Assembly: GCA_000002445.1 (NCBI GenBank)
Contig: CH464491.1
Coordinates: 2,880,001 to 2,944,000 of the forward strand
Direction of reading: 5' to 3'
From: Trypanosoma brucei
Lineage: Eukaryota
DNA length: 64,000 bases
Positions 51,980-61,400 of this stretch are shown in pieces. The notes beneath the pieces were generated by a model. It had not been told where the DNA came from, made no database searches, and saw only the letters and a program-made list of their open reading frames with translations. The translations under genes and the position numbers were made by a program. The stretch's first letter is position 1, and each line of letters starts with the position of its first letter.

Positions 51980-52495
51980 ATGAACCTAGAGCTGTATGTA
52001 ACACTCGCTGATTTGTCGAGGCTGCCGCGTGGAGAGCCTCACGATGTTAAGACGCTTATATGCCGTGCGGACACGGTACGGGCTCCAAGGCCTAGGGAAC
52101 TTCTTTCCGGGCGTGTGTTTGACATTAGTGGGCAGCTGCTTGATACAGAGTACAAGGGGATGCCAGGCGAGACGTGCGTGCACGTTTTTTTCTACGATGA
52201 GTGGGCCTCCGCTGCTTCTTTCATCGAAAGGGATGATATTGTAATTCTTAAGGGATTTACTGTGTACGACACCCCACGCGTTGGAGACCATGATGTCGAG
52301 TTCCCATTTTTTGTTACACCGATTCCTCATATGGCCGCGTTGCGTGCCTTGCAGAAGGGGCACAAAGATGACATCATGGAGGTGACGGTGACGGCCGATG
52401 CGCTGGAGACGCCGAACATTCGTGTCATGCCTAAAAGGCTCTGGGGCTCGTACATCGCTAACGACATGCAGTGTCCACGCACAAACAACGACTGA
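51980..52495 (+). CDS. hypothetical protein (171 aa)
   Basis: The track ORF starts at TTG 51911; the first ATG is at 51980. It is a mixed alpha/beta sequence with no recognisable motif. Confidence 0.35.
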   Translation: MNLELYVTLADLSRLPRGEPHDVKTLICRADTVRAPRPRELLSGRVFDISGQLLDTEYKGMPGETCVHVFFYDEWASAASFIERDDIVILKGFTVYDTPRVGDHDVEFPFFVTPIPHMAALRALQKGHKDDIMEVTVTADALETPNIRVMPKRLWGSYIANDMQCPRTNND

Positions 52496-52825
52496 AAATT
52501 CCTCTAATTGACTCCCTTTCCGCGGAAGTACCCGGCGGAAAGGCGGGAAATTAGCTAAGCTACAAAGGGTGTGTTTAGATCGTAAAGTGTTGACAGCTAC
52601 CGACACTGCGGACCGCACGCCCCCGCCTTTGTCTGAGAGGAAGGAAGCCCGTCTTTCCCTTTTTTGGAATTACAAGCTGACGGAGTCACTATGTAATTTG
52701 CATTTGTATTGTCCTTTCAGTGGTTTCTTCTCTATGTTTGTATATGGTTTCTGGGCGACTATTGCACCGCTTCTTGTATTCAATTTTGCCACGAATGATT
52801 ATGTAGAAGACTTTGCTCTTTTCCT

Positions 52826-53359
52826 ATGTCGGTGAAGGTTTGGGTAAAATGCAGTGGGATGACAGACGACGAGGCACTTGGAATCCAAGTTCTGTCGGAT
52901 GGGACGGCATTGGACGTCGTTGAGGCCTGCAAAGGGGTGTTCCGGTGGCCGAAGTTATCTACCGCAGCGTTGTGCACTGAAGGCGGTGAGATCGTTCCAC
53001 CTTCCTCGGCAGCGGCATCCCTCACAAATCTCACACTCCAAATCGTTCAGTTTCCGCCGCTGGCGTCGGTTCTGAAGCGCAATGCGTCCCATAGACCGCT
53101 CTCAACTGGTCACAGAAAGGACCAAGTGCCAACGACTAGTACACCCTCCATCCTTTGTTTCCAAAATGTTACTATTCCCCGTCGTGGGAAAAGGAGGATG
53201 AACCCCAATGCTAAAAAACGAGAAGCAGTGGGTACCCCGACAAGGATTGCCCGACTATGGGATAGTTTGCCTGTGGCGGAGCTTGCATTTGTCAGTGGGA
53301 GCGACCCGCGCCCCGCGCAAGCACTTTGCGCCTGGAGCTGCCGGAGTACTATCTTTTGA
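52826..53359 (+). CDS. hypothetical protein; may continue into the overlapping +1-frame ORF 53326..53829
   Basis: ORF with an ATG start. The following ORF overlaps it by 34 nt in another frame and has no ATG near its start, since the track begins it at TTG. Confidence 0.3.
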   Translation: MSVKVWVKCSGMTDDEALGIQVLSDGTALDVVEACKGVFRWPKLSTAALCTEGGEIVPPSSAAASLTNLTLQIVQFPPLASVLKRNASHRPLSTGHRKDQVPTTSTPSILCFQNVTIPRRGKRRMNPNAKKREAVGTPTRIARLWDSLPVAELAFVSGSDPRPAQALCAWSCRSTIF

Positions 53360-54634
53360 GGCACCCCCGAGAGGGTATTTCCGCAGGAAATGGAGAAGAG
53401 TCCACTTACTGCTGTGCAAGCTCAACCATTGACGGGACGAAGGTACAACACGTGTCTGAAAATGTTACCTTGCCCCCTGACTGTGGACGTCAAGTGCCTC
53501 TGCGGTCGTGTCGGTTACCGTACGTATGCGTTGGTGTGAGAGAAGAGCCAAGTCCCAGCTTCAGAAGTACTGCCACCGACGCCTTAACTGTCTTTGAGCA
53601 GGCAATTCCTGAAGTGTTGAGTCCCGTGGAAGGGCCGTCGAAGGGGATGCCGTTGCTGGGGCCACCGGTCGGTGCCGGTGGCGGAGGTGCCTCGTGTGCG
53701 TGCAATAAAGATATTAAAGTGGCTAAAGTGGAAGCTGACATGAGGAATCAGGTTGCTGAATGCGGGCTCACAACTACGTTTCCCGTTCCGTGTATGGACC
53801 ACATCAGTGGGTGGTGTTGTGTAATATAGCTCTGTTTTTTTTTGATATTTATTGTTTGCATCTTTCCTTTTTTGTTTTTTCATGCCGTGCCTTGTACTCT
53901 ACATTCACTGTAATTATTTATTTTCAGTTCTCGGCCTACGGGGTGGCGCTTGCGGCCGCGGGGTAGTCAGATCTTCCTGGCTTTTATTTCATTGTTTTTC
54001 CTTTGAGGCGTACACAAATATGAAAAAAAGCAAACAAACAGACGGTCCGTGGAATGAAATCCTGCATCATCGCCACCACCGTTATTTTCCTCCTTCTCTT
54101 TTTACACTTCTCCCTCTTCCTTCAGTGTGACGCCTGTTTGCACAATGCGGTGAAAGCCCGTATTTACATCACTGTACGGCTGCACCTGTGACGGCTGTGC
54201 ATGCTGGATTGTGGGGAGGGGGTAGTATTTTTTGATTAATCACACCAGCGTGCGGTGAAGCACTGGGTCGGCGTTTTCTGTTCGTCGGTCCGACTTATGT
54301 GTGTTTCCTCGTTCTCTCCGCAACTTCTTAATTTATACTTGTTGGATCTGTTGCCTCTTGCTGGACGAGCTCTCGCCGTTTTTTTTGTTTTGCACAAATT
54401 CGACGTGCAAGCATCCTTCACCGGGGGAGCGGATGGGTATGGTTGTGCACAGGGTCACTGGTGGTGCCATCATACCGTTTCGGTATTGCGCAGTTTCTTG
54501 TTATATAAGCACGCTCTGTTGCAGGCGCTCAAGCACTTACTTAGTGGCGTGGATTTTCTTTTTCCTGTGCGTTTGTCCTGTTGCTATTCAAGTAGAAGGT
54601 TTCGGCTAGGAAAAAAAAAAGGCCACTGGCTCCA

Positions 54635-56200
54635 ATGGAACTTGAGGTGAGTGAGGAGTCACGCATCCGCAGTAGCATTGTTGAGGCAATGGTACAAAAC
54701 TACCCGCTGATGTCGTGCACACAAGAGGTGAACGTCAAGGTTGCCACCGCTTCAGATGCTGCGCTTTCGTGCGCGACGCGCCTCGGCGACTCTCTCACGA
54801 AGTTGCAGGCGCTTAGTCAGGCCATGAGCCGCGTAGGGCAATTATGGCGCAAGGAGAGGCAAGTGGCCCTGGGCACTGTGGAGCAGCACCAAAAGTTGTT
54901 AGCTTTCTTGGAGGCCCCTTCAGTTTTACAGGAGTGCATTCGGAATGAGATGTATCACGAAGCACTGGTGGTGTTGGAGCACGTTAGGCGGTCTTCTCAG
55001 CCCATCGAAAATGTGGAGTTCCTTCACTGCGTTGAGGCTGAAGTGCTCATCGCGCTCCAACAGGCCTTAGAGGAGCAAATTCTTCCTCGACTAGCGGAGC
55101 AGTTGACAGTTGCCTCCGCACTAAAGTTGACCACTTTTCTCCGGAGGCTCGGTGTGGAAGAGACGTACATCCGGCAACTGTTCTTGCTAAAAAGGGGAGA
55201 GTACATCGACGGTCACATGCACGAAGCTGAGCGTAGCGGTGCCCCGTACTCGCGTATATTTCGCTATCTAACAACATTCAAGGTCCACGTTGCTGAGGTG
55301 GTCCTTCAGTATACTGCCTGCTTCTCTGGCGAGGTAGATGGAGGCTCATGTAGTGAGTTGGTCGGGTGGTGCCACGCGAGGTCTTTTGTGTTCCTCGAGC
55401 GCCTCCGCGCCTGTCTGGAGAGGATTGCCAACGGCTCCGAGCTTGCATCTGTTATTGAGCAGTACAATAACTGCGCGAGTGCTGCAGCGCTGGTGCACAT
55501 GGACATGTTTGGCCTCATTAGCGAGGCAGTTTCGAGCCGAGTGAAGTCTCTTTTCGCCGAGCAGCTTTCCCTTGCCACACAGTCCTACTCCGCATCCATG
55601 GCAACGTTCTCTTGGCGGCCTCCAACAGACGCCCAGCGACAAGCGTTGCAGATAAATAGTGAGGTGGAAGTGGTGCCGGGTATCACGTCGTCACCACCTG
55701 TGGTCCTTTTGCAGTGGCTGCCACTTGCATATGCACTGAATGGGATACTGACTGCGTTCAATTCGATTCGTAAATGTGTTGTGCCTGGCGTAGAGTCTTT
55801 TTGTGTCGCAAAGGTGGAGGAGTTAATGCAGATTATAGCGAGGGACTTGTCACGTGACAGAGACATCCTTATGGCAGTGGAGGGAGCTGAGAAGCATGCA
55901 TATTTACTTTTTGTCCATGCGTTTGTGCACGAATTTTATACACACGTCCTGGTCTGTGTCCGAGAGCTTCTGGGTGACGAGGCGCAGCAGCAGTTGGCCA
56001 TGACTATGCAATATAGCGTGGAGGGCCTGCGTGGTTTGCTTTCCCATGAAAATAAACCGTCACGAGATGCGACCCGGCACGTACCTCATTGCTGTCCGTC
56101 CCCGGACATCACTCTCTCGCAGAATGCACCCCCAATCAACGATGTTGGTGTCGCTCACGGTAGCGAGCAGTTCCTTGAAACGAGGGAGAAACATTCGTGA
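54635..56200 (+). CDS. COG8: conserved oligomeric Golgi complex subunit 8 (COG8/Dor1)-like protein
   Basis: 521 aa with an ATG start. It is collinear with metazoan COG8: NEMYHEALVVLEHVRR aligns with NSYYEEALELAAYVRR, LKLTTFLRRLGVEETYIRQLFLLKR with [26 protein letters not shown], and VVLLQWLPLAYALNGILTAFNSIRKC with MVLLDFPPLACFLNNILVAFNDLRLC. Confidence 0.65.
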   Translation: MELEVSEESRIRSSIVEAMVQNYPLMSCTQEVNVKVATASDAALSCATRLGDSLTKLQALSQAMSRVGQLWRKERQVALGTVEQHQKLLAFLEAPSVLQECIRNEMYHEALVVLEHVRRSSQPIENVEFLHCVEAEVLIALQQALEEQILPRLAEQLTVASALKLTTFLRRLGVEETYIRQLFLLKRGEYIDGHMHEAERSGAPYSRIFRYLTTFKVHVAEVVLQYTACFSGEVDGGSCSELVGWCHARSFVFLERLRACLERIANGSELASVIEQYNNCASAAALVHMDMFGLISEAVSSRVKSLFAEQLSLATQSYSASMATFSWRPPTDAQRQALQINSEVEVVPGITSSPPVVLLQWLPLAYALNGILTAFNSIRKCVVPGVESFCVAKVEELMQIIARDLSRDRDILMAVEGAEKHAYLLFVHAFVHEFYTHVLVCVRELLGDEAQQQLAMTMQYSVEGLRGLLSHENKPSRDATRHVPHCCPSPDITLSQNAPPINDVGVAHGSEQFLETREKHS

Positions 56201-56509
56201 ACGGTCGGTTGAATGCGTGTGCGCACACCCGGAGGGGGCTTGTTGATTTGATATTTCCTTCTTTCCCTTTATCTGTGTGGTATTCTTTGCCGTTGAAGGC
56301 GTCTGACCGTCCCTTTGGCAAGGGAGCACAGACGTTGGCGGGCCGTGAGTCCACATAACCACACGTATACAAGCATGCAATTCTATACACTTCTCCTTTC
56401 GTAAAAGGCATACTAGCCTTAAGGGAATTCTCTCCTTTAGTCGCCTAAGGATCAACAGTTACAAGCAGCAATCAGTCGAAAAACAGAATATATATATTTA
56501 TAACAGAAG

Positions 56510-57592
56510 ATGAAGACTAAGTTCTATACATATAAGAACAAACCCAGTAGTTATGCCCAGGTGAGCACTATTCTCACCATGTCGCATGAGGTTGTGGATC
56601 GTGTTTCTGTGGAGCGTGCTGAAGATGGGCAGTTCGCGTACTACATGGCAAAATGTGAGTACAACGCCGTAAAAAACCGTATATCTGGGCGTTTGCCGCC
56701 AATTGTCCCGCTCGTATACGATTTTGACGAAGATGACCTCAGTAACTACTGCAGCAGTACCGCCGACAGTAGATCTGCCACTCTAAGGAGGGGAGAAGAC
56801 ATGGATTTGGACTGCACGGAAATCGATGGGGAACTTCTTAAACTTTCTGCGGCGCACCGCGAGCGGGATATTGAATCGAGGGGCATGCGTAAAATGAAGC
56901 CGTCCCCACTTGAGCTTATTCTGCATCGTGAGACACTCGCTCGGGGAGACATTAACCACGTTGAATCTTTGTTCTTTCGCCGCATGGTTGCACCTTTTCG
57001 AGACAACCCGATGTTCAAAGTGCTTGACTTCTTTCGACAGGAGCAACTGGGTCGAAAGCAGGTTGAGGACGAGTGGGCGAGTGAGTCGATGCCCTTTCTT
57101 GAGATGTGCAGAATGGAACAAACGGATTACATGGAGGACTTCTTAATCCGTGCGATTAGGGGGAAAAATAAGTACAGGGGTCCATCTGCTGGAGAGAGCA
57201 TGACATTCGAAAAGGTTCCGTTGGATGTTCGTTTGTATGCTCCACTAAAGCACCGATGCGACATTATACGAAGTGAAACAGAATCGGAGCAGGAAATAGC
57301 TTTCTATTACCTGATGTTGGGTCAGGCCGCGCAGCGTGACCTTGTTGAGAAGAACGTTATCTGCCGTAACCCGACATCAGGTCTTATGGACTCAGTTCAA
57401 CATCCCATCGACGTATCTAATTACGAGGCTGTGGATCTTGCCTTCAGCGCGGAGTGCCGGTATCTCCAACAGCGTGAGGAAACAGGTCGTATGGAGGTTA
57501 TAAACTTGGAGTTTGACGAAAAGGAAGCGATACTTGCCGCAGAAGAGGAGAAAAAGGCTAGGGCCATCTCAGAGCGCAGAAACAGAAGGTGA
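56510..57592 (+). CDS. hypothetical protein (360 aa)
   Basis: ORF with an ATG start, a length and position typical for the array, and an acidic, charged C-terminus. No domain was recognised. Confidence 0.45.
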   Translation: MKTKFYTYKNKPSSYAQVSTILTMSHEVVDRVSVERAEDGQFAYYMAKCEYNAVKNRISGRLPPIVPLVYDFDEDDLSNYCSSTADSRSATLRRGEDMDLDCTEIDGELLKLSAAHRERDIESRGMRKMKPSPLELILHRETLARGDINHVESLFFRRMVAPFRDNPMFKVLDFFRQEQLGRKQVEDEWASESMPFLEMCRMEQTDYMEDFLIRAIRGKNKYRGPSAGESMTFEKVPLDVRLYAPLKHRCDIIRSETESEQEIAFYYLMLGQAAQRDLVEKNVICRNPTSGLMDSVQHPIDVSNYEAVDLAFSAECRYLQQREETGRMEVINLEFDEKEAILAAEEEKKARAISERRNRR

Positions 57593-57983
57593 CCTGTGAA
57601 CCCACTAATTTTTCCCCTCCACGAAAGAAAGCTAGAACAAAAAAAAGTAGCCTCGGTTTTGGAGTCAAGCATGTGTAAGCAAATGTACAAATTGGCATGT
57701 CTCGTCACTTGTGTGAGTTGCTTGGTGAAGGCCGTCGCGTGGAACGTGGAGGCATATGTATTGCGGGGCCTGATCTGGATATCCTTGCCATTGCAATTCT
57801 TTTCCACAGCCAAAGCGTGAGAGCGTGCTTCCATCACTGTCTCTGTATCCCTTTTTTTTTTCCTGAATCTCTTCCTTGCACGTAGAAGCGGTGGCCCTCT
57901 CGGCTTTTGCATGTATATATGAGTCTTATGTGCGTCGGAATTTATGTGTGCGTATCCGTTTGTATGTTTGATTACAATCAGCC

Positions 57984-58080
57984 TTGATGTTTTTTTTTTT
58001 AAATTATGTTAGGCGTGTTTGTTTGACTTTTCCTCCACTAGTTTTCTTTTTTTTTTGCTTGTGTGCCTCTTTGACAATGT
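57984..58080 (+). promoter_or_regulatory. long polypyrimidine tract (trans-splicing and polyadenylation signal region) upstream of the dynein heavy chain gene
   Basis: A run of T11 is followed by tttcctccactagttttcttttttttttgcttgtgtgcctctttg, about 370 bp 5' of the ATG at 58451. Confidence 0.35.
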
Positions 58081-58450
58081 GCAACAACGCTGTTGTGGCC
58101 ACTCGCACACTTCATATGCAATCTGTTGGTTCTACAGGGTTTGTTTTCTTCGTGCCGTTTTCCAAGTTTCAACCGACTGTCACCACTCCTCCCGACGACG
58201 CCGTATTCTTTTTTGTCCCCTTGTGCCTCTTACGGCACATATTACCCATATACCTGTGCCAAGTAAATTTGCTGTTCCCGTTGGGCAAACAGCTCAAACA
58301 AGACTGAAAAAAGGGCCGGAGGCGCTGGATTAGTCACAAAGGTTCAAGGGAGCTTCGAAAGAGAGAGAGAGAGCGTAAGGACAAAGGAAGATTGAAAGCT
58401 TTAAAAAACACAATAGAAGTGAAGTGGCCGAAGGGGCGATAAACTCGGCT

Positions 58451-61400
58451 ATGGGCACCGGTGCAGACGACGGGAAGGCGGGGCGGCATCAGCCAATGCC
58501 GCAAGTACAGAAGAAAGAAATCGTACACCGCAATCCAAACCATGTTGCACGGGATGTGTTTGATTTGCGTGGGACCAGTAACCCACTAGCTATGCAATTG
58601 TACAGCGACGGCATATCAAGTGGACCACTACTTGGCATTCCCAATCGTCTTGTGCGTGATCTTCAACCGCTTTCCACCAACGCACGTAAACGGTGTCACA
58701 GTGATGCCGCCTTCTCCCACCACAGTGGCGATGGCGCAGGCCATGACGGACGGACGACGAAGCACGGCACACTGCAGCTATACCGCCCCCCGGTATGTGG
58801 TGAAGAAGAGCTGAAGGAGCATTTCGCCGCCGTGGCGCTTGAGGGGAAAGAGGTGAGGGTACCGACGAAGCGGCACCGCTCTCGACCTGGGCGGCTTGAT
58901 CCACTAAAGGGTACTTTGCAATCATCAACCTCGGGTTCGCCATCATACGGCGAAAATGAGGGTAATGAAGGCAGAGAGGGGCAAAAAAATATAGGAGATG
59001 CAAATAATTCCGCGCCAAATGAGAACGTGGGGCCGATTCCACGGTTTACGAAGTTGCGATCAAACGCACCGAATGAGTTCACATATCTTGTGATGCGCCC
59101 TCGTGGGATACGCAGTCCCTACAATCCCTACGATTTGCAGGTAGTGTCGCATAGGGATGTTGACCCGTCTCATTATTACACAGTTTCCGCAGCCGGTGTG
59201 ACTAAATTCTCTGGCCATGAGGCTGAGTTTATTGAGTTACACACATGGGAACGGGATTGCCGTGTTTTCAATCAACTGAGGGAACTAGACGTTTTCCGTG
59301 AATACAAGAAGTGGAAGAGTTTTCTGTTGTGGCGTGGCCTTGTGCGCAACCACGCTATGTCGAACTGCAAAACTTTTCTCACGAAGAACCTTTTTCACGT
59401 CCATCCTCAACTGTCTGCTGCCCTACAAACTGTGCAGCGTATCTGTCTTAATTTTGTCAACAGCAGCAGAATCCACCCTCCCGCGACAGAGACGCGCACG
59501 TTGGAGGCTCTGTGCGCAACACTTGCAGCGCACCTCAACTTTCAGCGCAACCGACTTGACAAAATGATTAAAAACATTCGCGACACCGTTGAGCGCGCCG
59601 CGAAGGCGGCGATGTTGGCAGCACAAATAGAGCGGGAGAGTATTAGTGCCCTCCACGCAGAGGATGAAAAGAAAAAGAAGAAACTCATTGACGTGCGGGA
59701 ATTGGGAACACAACAGAAGCCTACTTACATTGAAATGTCACAGAAGAAGGCTGTCTGTCAGCGCATCACTGCGTTTATTCGTCTTTGTGATTACATAATC
59801 GTGAACTGTCTAACAAAGCTTGCCGCAACAGCGGTTGAGGATGTAGATCGCGACTTTCAGTACCCGAGGCCAGACAAACAGCAAGATTCGGTAACATCAC
59901 CTCTTAACAAGAATTCCTGGAGGGGAAAGCGGCAGGAAGGACACAAGGCTGAGGCACCAAAGCCGACAGGACCATTTACCGGCCCTATTCTTAGCCTCAA
60001 TGTTGTTTACAGGGAGGACAGCCAATCCATTGAGATTACACCGTCACTTGCCCACATAACTGAATGTGTGGAGGACGTGGTGGAAGATTACATAAAAACA
60101 CTGAGTGCTGTACCCCGGCTCTTGACGATGGATGCGTTCAAGGTATTCACTGAAAACGCCGCTCATGACTCCCAAAAGGAGGTCCTCTCTGGCCCTGCCG
60201 TTGGTGAAATGATCGTCTCAGAGGAGGCATATAAACAGCACATGACATCCGTTCGTTATGGAATCACAAGGGCGTTCGGCGACGTGGAGGAATATGTGAA
60301 TAGCTTCCAGTGCTTCAGAGATATGTACGTGGAGAATAGCAGTCTGGACGCTGATAGCATCCAGAAACGTACCCAGAACCTGGAGTTCTTCCGTGAGCGC
60401 CTGGCTCTCTACAAGTCGCAGAGCGACGCCATATCAACGAAGATACCAAGCTCGAAGGACGTGGCACTGTTTACAGTCTACACCGAGGAGTTACGGGACT
60501 TCTTTACACCGAGCCCCGTCGTTTGCCTGGAGACATTTCACCGTCTTCTTCCTGTCATTGCGCACCAACAGAACGAATTGCTGCTTGCGGATCTGCAAAG
60601 TTGCAATACCTATCTGGCAGCCCAGCCAAAGACAGTGGAGCATTACGTGGAATATCTTGCATACAACAAGGCACTTGAAGCCCGTTTTGATACTCTGGCA
60701 GCGTCTTACGACTTCGTCCGCGAGTTTTTCACTTTGCTGCAGGATGAAAAGGTTGAAATTGAGGAGGACCTTGAGGAGACATACCGAAGCGGGACTCGTC
60801 CGCAGTTTGAGAAGTTGCGTACGCAGATGCAAATCGTAGAGGACGCAAAAGATTCTCAACAGCGGTACTTCATTCGGAATGTGGATGAGCAGCTTGATGA
60901 GCTTCGACGGTCCATTGAGGACGTGTATAATCGAGCTGGGCAGCCTGTTATTGCCGATGCAAACGCGGATATGGATGAGGTGATTCATTTTATTACCGAT
61001 TTGCAGGCTGAGGCCGAAAGAATTGCCGCAAGGGAGAAAAAGCTTCGGCAATACCAAATTGCAATTGGGGCCGAAGAGACAGTCGTAGAGACAATGTCAG
61101 ATATGTTGAATGATGTGAATATCAAGGCGCGGTTATGGGTCGGGATGCGAGAGTGGGATGAGTTCGTGGAATCGTACGGGCCAATACCGTTCGATCAGCT
61201 CAATGTGCAGGAGGTGCAGGAAACTGTTCAAAAGTATGTGATGACTGTCAAGCAGGTGTCTACAAAGTTACCTGGAAATAGTGCGGTAAACAAATTAAAA
61301 TCAAAAGTGGAAGCATGGCGCATTCTTTTACCCATTTTACAGGCCCTGACGAACCCAAAGATGAAGTTGGAGCATATCACAAAAGTATCCAATGCCGTAG

